Shown here piece after piece: positions 28,154-36,173 of a stretch of DNA of 64,000 nt; the first letter of the stretch is position 1; each line of letters opens with the position of its first letter. The translations under genes and the position numbers were made by a program. Source of the DNA: a virus. The notes beneath the pieces were generated by a model. That model was not told where the DNA came from. It did no database searches and saw nothing but the letters and a program-made list of their open reading frames with translations. The DNA lies in IMG/VR virus record IMGVR_UViG_3300030110_004856, positions 1-64,000 of that record; one strand, 5' to 3'.

Positions 28154-28837
28154 TTAGTGCAAGAACTTGAAGCCTTCAGAGATATCCACTAGGCCGGTAC
28201 CAGTAAAGTGACCAAAACTAGTGAGATCAATTTTTGGGCTTTCGATACGACGCCAGTTGACGAGTTCACTGGTAAAGCGAATGTCATCAAGAAGCATGTA
28301 CCTAGTTTTGTTCTCCATACTAAGCGTGGAAAGCAAAGAGTAAAACTTTTCCTCAAATACTCCATCCTTACAAGCATCGACCATGATGAAGTCTGCTTGC
28401 TGTAGCAAAGCAGAGAACTTCTGGAAGTTGTCGGGATCCGTGAGATCAGCCAGATGCTGGGTTAAGCGACCGCCATTTTCTACGAAATCTCCTTCATTCA
28501 GAAATGTTGGTTCGAACTCGTGCCACGGCGTTAAATCAAAAGTATGGATTTTTGCCCTGGAAGCAAAGTCGTACATCACACGAGTACCTGTACCCATGTG
28601 CGTACCAATATCTACAATGCAGGTTGGACGAAGGGAAGTGAGAAGACCAGCCAACAGGCGGTAATGATCACCAGGGAAAGCGTTAGCAAAAGGATTATTA
28701 ATATGCGACAGATCCGTACCAGCAGCAATTGTCAGGGCTTGGCAGATCAAACCATAGTCGTCAAAAGTCTGAGCTGCAGGATCGTCATCAACGGAAAGCA
28801 GCTTGCTATTAACGACGTGTCGAACGGTGTATGACAT
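28154..28837 (-). CDS. class I SAM-dependent (sugar O-)methyltransferase, Methyltransf_24-like
   Basis: IVDIGTHMG, TFD, FIMVD, LDDI. Confidence 0.85.
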   Translation of the reverse strand: MSYTVRHVVNSKLLSVDDDPAAQTFDDYGLICQALTIAAGTDLSHINNPFANAFPGDHYRLLAGLLTSLRPTCIVDIGTHMGTGTRVMYDFASRAKIHTFDLTPWHEFEPTFLNEGDFVENGGRLTQHLADLTDPDNFQKFSALLQQADFIMVDACKDGVFEEKFYSLLSTLSMENKTRYMLLDDIRFTSELVNWRRIESPKIDLTSFGHFTGTGLVDISEGFKFLH

Positions 28838-29607
28838 CAGAAACCCAGGTGCTTGCGACGGACGAACTCTAGGTCATAGGTGGTGAAATCAACTGGCATT
28901 TCAGGGATGTCAAAAGGAGTCTTGTACGTCTCTCCTTCTACGTGCCCTTGCCACGCCTCGTTCCACTTCATGTGTAGATACTTCTTATTCATCTCATGCG
29001 CCATGTGAATTGCATTGGCGATCTCAGGTTCCGAACGCCAAGTCTGACTGCCGTCGCTGTAATCGTTCTTTTTAGTACCGTGGTAGTAGCCCTTACTGAG
29101 TTGCATGACACGTTTCATGCCATCGTGAATGAACCTCATGCCATAGTCCATATCCTCGCAATAACCGGGATACAAGTTTTCATCAAACAGACCGTACTTT
29201 TCAACTACCCAATCCTTCAGAGCAAAAATATCCCAGCCTCCTCCAGAGCCGTGGACGATACCAACCATCTCGTTTTGAGCAGCGATATGCATTTCTTCCA
29301 GGAACCCTGGTTCAAACATCACATCATGGTTAGAGATAATCCAATAAGGCTCCTTCATGAAAGTCTTGATAATCAAGTTCCATGCACCTGAGCACCCAAC
29401 GTTGGCAGGTAGATGACACACATGTACCTTTTTAACAAAAGGATTGCTCATGTCATGTAGAGCATCTACCTCTTTAGTTATCTGTCCCCTACCGTTATTA
29501 TTAAATACTACAAAGTTATCTACAGGGAAATCGATTGACATGTACAACCGATGAAGCCAATACGGAGCATTGACAATCGCAGTCCCAAGGACCGGAATCG
29601 AATCCAT
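28837..29607 (-). CDS. GT2-like glycosyltransferase
   Basis: N.G.SGAWN, SNHDV, GLFDENLYPGYCEDMDY. Confidence 0.88.
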   Translation of the reverse strand: MDSIPVLGTAIVNAPYWLHRLYMSIDFPVDNFVVFNNNGRGQITKEVDALHDMSNPFVKKVHVCHLPANVGCSGAWNLIIKTFMKEPYWIISNHDVMFEPGFLEEMHIAAQNEMVGIVHGSGGGWDIFALKDWVVEKYGLFDENLYPGYCEDMDYGMRFIHDGMKRVMQLSKGYYHGTKKNDYSDGSQTWRSEPEIANAIHMAHEMNKKYLHMKWNEAWQGHVEGETYKTPFDIPEMPVDFTTYDLEFVRRKHLGF

Positions 29608-29631
29608 AAAAACTGAAGCAGTATCAGTATA

Positions 29632-30006
29632 TTACTGCTTAGTTTCGTAATTGAAACAACCTTCTGCGTCAGCGGACCCAGCTTCTGGGTAACCAAACCC
29701 ACAGCCTTTCACATCAAAATGATCGCACGAGTAGCAGATCACGTGTCTCGTTGATTCTTGGAGTTCACTAGGAGCTGAGGGAGAAATAAGGTTTCTCACG
29801 TCGCGCATAGTTCTACGAAGCTCCACTAACTCATCGTAGGAAGAGCCAGGTATTTCGTAGGTAGTTTCGCGATAATCGCAATGTTTGCAACGGTATCGCC
29901 GCCGTTTTCCTTCCACGGTGTCTCTTGATTCAATGGTCTTGAATCCAGATTCCCCGCATTTCGGACAGCAACGACTTCTAGTCGCAGGGAAGTTTGAGAT
30001 TGTCAT
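29632..30006 (-). CDS. NrdR N-terminal-like Zn-ribbon protein
   Basis: CPKCG...ESR...RRRYRCKHC.YR.TTYE, plus a second Cys cluster. Confidence 0.75.
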   Translation of the reverse strand: MTISNFPATRSRCCPKCGESGFKTIESRDTVEGKRRRYRCKHCDYRETTYEIPGSSYDELVELRRTMRDVRNLISPSAPSELQESTRHVICYSCDHFDVKGCGFGYPEAGSADAEGCFNYETKQ

Positions 30007-30050
30007 CAGTAGTTTTTTTATAGCTCCGCCACTGAGGGCGGAATCAAAGC

Positions 30051-30293
30051 TTACTTAAACGAGACTGCTAGTAATCGGGTTTGCCTTTTTCTGTCATCAT
30101 TCCAATGGCCGGAACAATCGTGACCACAAAAAGGTCCATTCATCTCTGGTTTACGACTTTTACGTCGGTTCCACTCCCTTAGCCTTGCTCCTTTAAGTTT
30201 GAACTCTTTTCCGCACTTCGGACAAACGAAGCTCTTAGGCAGAGCCTCTGCAAACACTGATGTTTTCAAGCTTTTCAAAAATCGAATGACCAC
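30051..30293 (-). CDS. small Zn-finger protein
   Basis: CPKCGKEF...FCGHDC. Confidence 0.6.
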   Translation of the reverse strand: MVIRFLKSLKTSVFAEALPKSFVCPKCGKEFKLKGARLREWNRRKSRKPEMNGPFCGHDCSGHWNDDRKRQTRLLAVSFK

Positions 30294-30309
30294 CCTAACC
30301 CATGTAAGT

Positions 30310-30681
30310 TCACCGAGACCCTTTTAGTAATTGACTTTTAGCTTTTAAAAAGCAATACCGAGAATCAGTCTTTCCTTGCGACTGAAGCAGCTGAAAGTTG
30401 CACTCGTTTTTTAAATCACGTAATTTGTTGTTTCGCTCAGTGTTCTCACTAACCCAAAAGAACGCAGGAACCAATAAAGCAAGAAAAAACAATCCAACAA
30501 GGTTTCCAACGACCGCATTGAGGATTTCAGGGGAACGCCAGATACCAACTGAGTGAAAGATGTCTCTGGAGTCAAAACGAAAGCTATGTCCTCGACTAGA
30601 AACGACGGGAGGACGATATCCGCGTCTTTTTTGCTTGCTCATGGTGTTTTTGTTGTTATACAAAAAGCATACACCACTCAA
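30310..30681 (-). CDS. single-pass membrane protein
   Basis: one TM helix; start likely at MSKQKRR. Confidence 0.55.
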   Translation of the reverse strand: MSGVCFLYNNKNTMSKQKRRGYRPPVVSSRGHSFRFDSRDIFHSVGIWRSPEILNAVVGNLVGLFFLALLVPAFFWVSENTERNNKLRDLKNECNFQLLQSQGKTDSRYCFLKAKSQLLKGSR

Positions 30682-30736
30682 AAGCTACTGGCAAGCCTTG
30701 TTATGAGTGCTAACATGCTGAAAATGCGGATTTTTA

Positions 30737-31459
30737 GTGACAAGCAAGTTCAAAGAGCTGATGGCACAGCTGAATGACGAAGAAGTGGCTGTCCCAGCCC
30801 CTACTGGGTCTCCTTTAACTAAGCAAGTGACTCTCAAAGACAAAAAGAAGCTTAGTGATCGCTATAACTTCAATCAAGGGTGGTATGACGCTCTGTTGAA
30901 CACAGATGCAGTACTAAATGAGGCTCCAGAGGGTGAAATCTTCCGTTTGGACCCAAAAGAGAAGCGTCAGATCGTCGAAATTGGCGTTTACGAAGGTGCA
31001 TCAACCTGTTTTTGGTCTGATTTCTACCTTGATCACCCAGAATCAAGGTTGATCTCCATTGATCCGTTCACTGGAAGCATCGAACACCACGAAAACCCTG
31101 AAAATTACCCTGAACTAGGCTGTATTGAGTACACAGCACGGGGAAATGTCGCCAAATCTGATAACGCTGCGAAAGTCGAAATCATCAAAGGCTTTTCCTG
31201 GTTCGTATTTCAGGAACTGGTACTCAGGAACGAAACGGACAGATGGATTGATGTCCTATACATCGATGGAGCACATGACTCTGCCTCTGTTTCGCGTGAT
31301 GTTGCTCTTTACTGTCCTATGGTTAAGCCTGGTGGCGTAGTGATCTTTGACGATTACGCACATCCAGATGTACAACGTGCTGTGGACATGACACTCAATG
31401 CATTTGCTACAGCTCAAAAAGCTATGTTTACCGGTTGGCAACTAGCAGTAAAGTTCTAG
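30737..31459 (+). CDS. Methyltransf_24-family SAM methyltransferase
   Basis: VEIGVYEGAS, SIDP, YIDGAH, VKPGGVVIFDDY. Confidence 0.92.
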   Translation: MTSKFKELMAQLNDEEVAVPAPTGSPLTKQVTLKDKKKLSDRYNFNQGWYDALLNTDAVLNEAPEGEIFRLDPKEKRQIVEIGVYEGASTCFWSDFYLDHPESRLISIDPFTGSIEHHENPENYPELGCIEYTARGNVAKSDNAAKVEIIKGFSWFVFQELVLRNETDRWIDVLYIDGAHDSASVSRDVALYCPMVKPGGVVIFDDYAHPDVQRAVDMTLNAFATAQKAMFTGWQLAVKF

Positions 31460-31467
31460 TCTCAAGT

Positions 31468-31623
31468 GTGATCATTTATGATCATCAGCCTCGGAACTCG
31501 CGCTCCCCACAGTTCTAACAGCTTGCGGTAGTCACGGGCGTCGTTTCCCTCAATGACCCCACCCTCCTTCCATTACTACGACGGTTTACGTCATGGCCTC
31601 GTTTTTTACCACGGGGCTTTTTT
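31468..31623 (+). ncRNA. candidate structured sRNA/3'UTR ending in intrinsic terminator
   Basis: consecutive hairpins with G-U pairs; terminator GGCCTCGT/ACGGGGCT-T6 at 31595-31623. Confidence 0.4.
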
Positions 31624-31810
31624 ATGCACACAAAAAACTTCTCTCAAACCTTCTGGTTCTTGACAATAACGTCGCGCTTTATAAACCATATACAAAGCTC
31701 TATGCACATTACGCATTCTCTAAGTTGTCCGGTCCCCACCTAAACCGCAGCCCTCAACTCACACAACGCATACAACACTTACACTACTTAGTGCACACAA
31801 CCCACATACA

Positions 31811-31888
31811 TCATCCAATGACTCCTTGCGCATGCATCCACCAATACCAGACAGCACCAAAACCCACGGTGAAGTAAACCAAATCCAT
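31811..31888 (-). CDS. 25-aa hydrophobic peptide (not in ORF track)
   Basis: MDLVYFTVGFGAVWYWWMHAQGVIG, follows 31910..32497. Confidence 0.4.
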   Translation of the reverse strand: MDLVYFTVGFGAVWYWWMHAQGVIG

Positions 31889-31909
31889 CAGATCACTATA
31901 TGCTCGGAA

Positions 31910-32497
31910 TCAGACTCTCCTCAAAACAGGAGGCACCTGTCTCATCCCACCAGCTAGTACTGGTTGTGCCGAACCGGGAACTGGAACTGAGTACTCAAAG
32001 TAACTACCATCGGGCTGAGTTACAGGACCACCTGGGTTGCGTGGGTCTCTCAGAGTATCGGGACGATCGAACGGTCTTGTGTAGTCATCATAAAATTTAG
32101 GTGCATACTGATCTCCTCCATAACCACGCTGGTCATAAGGAGTCAGTCCTTCAATCTCGTTACCTTGGTATCTTCTCTCTTGCTTTCTGTAAGGCAAGTT
32201 GTTCAAAAACTCACCCAAGTTAAAAGCAATACCACCTTGTGGTGAAAGCATAAAGTCCTTCTTGCCGTCCTCAATAAAAGTAGGCCGACCGTCATCTCCA
32301 TAGATTCTTCTGAAATTAGGATCTTGCTCCTGTGGATACTGAATGTCACTTGGCTGGACTTCTATAGCTGGCTCCATTTCCTGAATGTACTGCTGCAAAA
32401 ACTCAAGAGCCTGGGCCTCCTCATCGATACCAGGAATGAACACACCACCCTCAACCATCGATGGAGAGAATCCCATAGGGGCCATACCGTAGCTCAT
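31910..32497 (-). CDS. low-complexity hypothetical protein
   Basis: 195 aa Pro/Gly/Gln-rich. Confidence 0.7.
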   Translation of the reverse strand: MSYGMAPMGFSPSMVEGGVFIPGIDEEAQALEFLQQYIQEMEPAIEVQPSDIQYPQEQDPNFRRIYGDDGRPTFIEDGKKDFMLSPQGGIAFNLGEFLNNLPYRKQERRYQGNEIEGLTPYDQRGYGGDQYAPKFYDDYTRPFDRPDTLRDPRNPGGPVTQPDGSYFEYSVPVPGSAQPVLAGGMRQVPPVLRRV

Positions 32498-32521
32498 GTG
32501 ATTAACCCAGTGAGTTGATAC

Positions 32522-32773
32522 TTACAGTTTAGATTCGGGCTCTTTTAGACCCATAAGACTAAGCGTAGTTGCAATTGCCACGCCGAACAAAGTTTCTGCG
32601 CGACCTCCCAAATCTGGACAAATTTGCTGCACCGAGGAATTCTCAGAGTTGCCAATCTTTTCAGCACACTTATAAAAACTGAACCCGATTACCGCAAACT
32701 CAAAAACAAAAATTCCGACAAGAGTCCTCAATAAAAAGACATCTCGCCGGAATGGGGATCGCGGAGCAGTCAT
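32522..32773 (-). CDS. two-TM membrane protein
   Basis: TM-C...C-TM layout. Confidence 0.7.
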   Translation of the reverse strand: MTAPRSPFRRDVFLLRTLVGIFVFEFAVIGFSFYKCAEKIGNSENSSVQQICPDLGGRAETLFGVAIATTLSLMGLKEPESKL

Positions 32774-32776
32774 GCT

Positions 32777-33052
32777 TTAGCGCATGCCAAACCTAGGATC
32801 GCCACCTGATTCGATCATCATGTTTTGGAATCCATCGTTTGGAGCAACCTTCATTGCACCACGGCCATACTGCTGTTCGTTACTACGAGGATCCGTGTAC
32901 AGTGCCATGCCAGGTCCACCCTGGTTCATGCGACCTTGGGCAGCACGTCCGATTTCGTTAAGACGGGCACCAGCCATACGCATGCCAGGCATTTGCTCTC
33001 CACCGCTGCCGGGAGCCAAACCCATGCCAGGACCGCCTTGGTAAACGCCCAT
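32777..33052 (-). CDS. Gly/Met-rich small protein (RMAG motif)
   Basis: QGGPGM repeated twice; EQMPGMRMAG shared with 61278..61436. Confidence 0.7.
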   Translation of the reverse strand: MGVYQGGPGMGLAPGSGGEQMPGMRMAGARLNEIGRAAQGRMNQGGPGMALYTDPRSNEQQYGRGAMKVAPNDGFQNMMIESGGDPRFGMR

Positions 33053-33092
33053 CGTATTTGCCTGTGAAAAACTGACTTAAATAAAGTCTAAC

Positions 33093-33872
33093 TCAAGAGT
33101 ACCCAAACAGAACGTTGTTTACGTCCTTGCCGAACTTAACTGCTTTTTCGGGATCTTGCTTCCTCAGCTGATCGTAGTAATCGTTTATCTCTTGCTTAGT
33201 GAAATCTTGGTAATTACTTGCACCATCACTCAGTAGCATCTTCTTAACTTCTTCCACAGCGCTTTCGTTAGCAGAACTCTCAGGAGCACTAGGTGGTTGT
33301 TGTGAAGGTTGAATACTTTCTTCCTCAGAGGTGAGTGGAGCAAACGGATCTGTGCGACCCATCTCAACTGTAGGTTCCTCTTTTGTAGAAGCAGGCACTA
33401 CAAACTCATTATCGTAGGGACCCACGCGCATCCTGCCGTCAGGGTCAAAGTTTGGATACGGATCTTTTTCACCACGCGCAATACGAATTTCACGCTCACT
33501 CATCGACATAGGAGTCAAAGCTCCTGTTTTTTCATCAAAAACTGTCCCAGCTTCAAAAGGATTGTTGACATCATGAGCGACTCCAGCAGCCACAACTGAA
33601 ACCGGACTCAACGGCAGCGTCAGTAAAATTTCAGCAGCAAGTAAATCCTTGTCAGGAATGTTTCTTCCAGTGGCTTCGTTTAGCGCATCAAGACCAAGTG
33701 CCGCAAGTATTCCACCACGCATGCCCGTGGGGTTGACTATACGCTTAGGATCCATGTAAATCCTACGTGGATCTAGAAAGCGAGGTACACGAACACTAGT
33801 ACCCGGAATAGTAGGTTTCCTTCCAGCTGAGTTCAGAAAAGACTTATTTCCAAGAATATCTAACAGATTCAT
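33093..33872 (-). CDS. hypothetical, putative internal virion protein
   Basis: 259 aa; upstream TAAACT box. Confidence 0.65.
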   Translation of the reverse strand: MNLLDILGNKSFLNSAGRKPTIPGTSVRVPRFLDPRRIYMDPKRIVNPTGMRGGILAALGLDALNEATGRNIPDKDLLAAEILLTLPLSPVSVVAAGVAHDVNNPFEAGTVFDEKTGALTPMSMSEREIRIARGEKDPYPNFDPDGRMRVGPYDNEFVVPASTKEEPTVEMGRTDPFAPLTSEEESIQPSQQPPSAPESSANESAVEEVKKMLLSDGASNYQDFTKQEINDYYDQLRKQDPEKAVKFGKDVNNVLFGYS

Positions 33873-33928
33873 TGTGACCTCTTTATCCTTCTAGTTTACC
33901 GCCCGAACAGCATCTCGGTAACTTGCGC

Positions 33929-34135
33929 TTATTTGGTTGCGTCTTCGCCAAAGTGATACGAAATCTCCATAAGAGCTGCTCTAAACATATAACGCAAGCG
34001 TCTAATTCGAACCTGCTCCTCTACATCGTCCCTGGAGCCTGCCCAGTTGGTGCAATGGTACTCAATAGTCTTAGATAGCTGTCGAACATCGTCCACGGAG
34101 AGCGAAAAATCGACTGACGGGCTCTTTTCTTTCAT
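33929..34135 (-). CDS. small hypothetical cyanophage-type protein
   Basis: 'LSVDDVR.L...W.G...EQ..I' pattern. Confidence 0.65.
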   Translation of the reverse strand: MKEKSPSVDFSLSVDDVRQLSKTIEYHCTNWAGSRDDVEEQVRIRRLRYMFRAALMEISYHFGEDATK

Positions 34136-34153
34136 AGTGAGGGTAAAAAAGTC

Positions 34154-34969
34154 CTAAATTACACTTTTACCGCCTTGAAAAGCCTCTGCAGCTTGTTGAG
34201 CAGCTTTGTCTAGAGCCAATCTAGTCCTTTGTTCTTCAGTTTGATCCTCTCGGAGCGCTCCAAGTACTTGATTTAAGCTTCGTTGCAAGTCTTGTACCTC
34301 TTTACTGTTTATTTCTTGCTTACGAAGTAGTAAAGCGTTTTTTACGTCTTCCACAGAGGAAGGCTCCAGCTGAAGTTTTATAAATTTGTCAAGTTCTCTT
34401 TCCTCAGCAGAACGATAGTCATCGAACGGACCCATCTTGCCTACAGGCTTATCAAACCCGCTCCTATTTATGGGCATTCCATCTGAAGAAACCCTAGGAT
34501 CTGGAGCAATCCCTTGTGGCTGACTAGCTACCTGTGTCGACGTAGCTTGCACAAACTGTCCAGGATCAGTATGGAACAACTCGATCTCATACGGGCGACC
34601 TTGAGCATCGGTAATCTTGGCCACGCCAACGCCATTTTGTGAGTAGTACTCAGTGGCACCCTGTATAAACAGGGGAGTTCCCATAGGGATCGCGTAATCC
34701 TGTCCCTTGTGGAAAGTAGAAGCTCCAGGAACTGGTGCCTGCCTAGGACCAAACCCCGAAGTCATGGGGTACGAAGTAATTGGTCGTCTGTTATCTCCTT
34801 CTCCAGCAAAGATACGACCTAGTAAGTCAGGGCGCGTGGCAGGGTCAATGTGCTGACCACGATTATCCCCAGACATAGGGATAATCCTGAAGTCTCCGTG
34901 AGCACCTGTGGACGCAAAGGGATCTCTTGCAGGATCGATAACTTTTCCAGCCCGCAAGAAATCAGTCAC
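34154..34969 (-). CDS. circularly permuted M23 peptidase with C-terminal helical domain
   Basis: TSGFGPR..P..GASTFHKGQDY..GTP (HxxxD); STGAHGDF...IDP lies N-terminal to it. Confidence 0.8.
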   Translation of the reverse strand: MTDFLRAGKVIDPARDPFASTGAHGDFRIIPMSGDNRGQHIDPATRPDLLGRIFAGEGDNRRPITSYPMTSGFGPRQAPVPGASTFHKGQDYAIPMGTPLFIQGATEYYSQNGVGVAKITDAQGRPYEIELFHTDPGQFVQATSTQVASQPQGIAPDPRVSSDGMPINRSGFDKPVGKMGPFDDYRSAEERELDKFIKLQLEPSSVEDVKNALLLRKQEINSKEVQDLQRSLNQVLGALREDQTEEQRTRLALDKAAQQAAEAFQGGKSVI

Positions 34970-35116
34970 TTGAGCCCACGCGCCTTTTAGTCCCTTAAGT
35001 CTAAGCCAGAAATTTTTCTAGGATCGTGTTACCATATTGCTATTCCAACCTTTGAGGGTCGATTTACCTGGAAGATTCTGACCATGTTCTCGCCGCCGTC
35101 GTGGGTCAGTCTAAAT

Positions 35117-35270
35117 AATTAAAAAAAAGGGGCAGGTTGCGGGAGCCCAGAAAGTTATACATTGCGCCCTACTATATATTATTATATATAATTAATCACT
35201 ATGTATTACTAACACACAAGGATTGCTATGTATTATTAACACATAGGGGGTGTACTTTCTTTTTTTAATT
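35117..35270. repeat. AT-rich iteron-like direct repeats within inverted repeat (origin or packaging site candidate)
   Basis: CTATRTATTAYTA at 35172, 35199, 35226 (27-bp period); flanks AATT-A8-G / C-T7-AATT. Confidence 0.65.
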
Positions 35271-35531
35271 GTTCCTATCACGTACCGCACTAAGTAACAC
35301 TAACTTTATGTGTAGTTAGTAACACTTAGACCGTGTAATATCTCGAGGTTAGGTATACCTATCACATGTTAAGTTTTGTTACAATAACATTTATCCTGCT
35401 CATTATATGATACTGCGTAACATCAACCGCATAGTCTTTAAGGTCCGTACCATTAATCACCGTGGTTGTCAAGCAATACAATCAGTTCCATCACTGGCAC
35501 AATTGCGGTATCTCTAGCATCCCTTAGCGAT

Positions 35532-35564
35532 TACATTATGGGGGCGGAGCGAACCACGCTTCCG
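35532..35564 (+). promoter_or_regulatory. possible early promoter -10 box followed by 5' hairpin
   Basis: TACATT (35532-37), then CGGAGCG/CGCTTCCG hairpin; layout like the promoter at 42102; no clear -35. Confidence 0.4.
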
Positions 35565-35615
35565 ACACCACTACAAAGGAGACAGAACAACCGACCAGCC
35601 AACAGACAAACCACG

Positions 35616-36160
35616 CGATCCGAAACGATCGAACCGAGCCAGAACCGTGAACCCTAAGGGTTGAGTCCGGTGTCTCTCGCTAGCTTTCGTTTCCTGAATG
35701 AGACTCGTGTGAGATTGTGACACCCCCAGTGCGTTGTAGCCAGAGGGAGACGAGAGAGAATCCGTCCCCCGTGCAGATGTCCGGTGCGAGTTAATAACTC
35801 TGAACCACCCTGACTAATCTGCATCACCGCGTAAGGCCCTTGCTATCTGTCCCGTTTGTCTACGTAAGTCATGCACGCCGGGGTAATCAGCGAACCGGTC
35901 CCATGAAACTGCGGAAGCTAATCGGTTCCCTTCCTATCCCGCAGGCTTAGTGTGCCCAGTGTGCTCTATGCCTGGTTCACCTTTCGGTCCGTTCATAACC
36001 TCACAAGGTTGTATCGGTCGCACGTAGAGACTAGCGAGTCAACTGTTAGTTTTTGCACCATTTTGGTCGTGATCATTCATGATCATGGCATGATTCCACC
36101 TTGCAGGGCAGTTATGAGCTGCCTTGCCTGATGGATTCTCTCCATCAATTGCCAACTAAT
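35616..36160 (+). ncRNA. candidate large structured non-coding RNA
   Basis: no credible ORF; more than 12 helices including long-range 35676-83/36031-38 and 35859-65/36022-28; G-U pairs favour the + strand. Confidence 0.6.
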
Positions 36161-36173
36161 TTAGGAGTCTTTT

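Noticed and set aside
31660-31877. TTGACA promoter and 94-aa His-rich + ORF
   Set aside because: Spacer to TATAAA is 14 nt; the ORF starts inside a terminator and reflects C/A skew
35650-35720. Hammerhead core (CTGAATGA) or omega/HEARO RNA-like start
   Set aside because: CUGANGA/GAAA core not satisfied; no IscB/TnpB gene adjacent
36017-36026. GTCGCACGTA resembles group II intron domain V
   Set aside because: No AGC/CGC triad stem partner, no interrupted gene and no RT
35541-36100. tmRNA or tRNA-like (GGGGC... start, ...TTCCACC)
   Set aside because: No acceptor-stem pairing, T-loop or tag ORF
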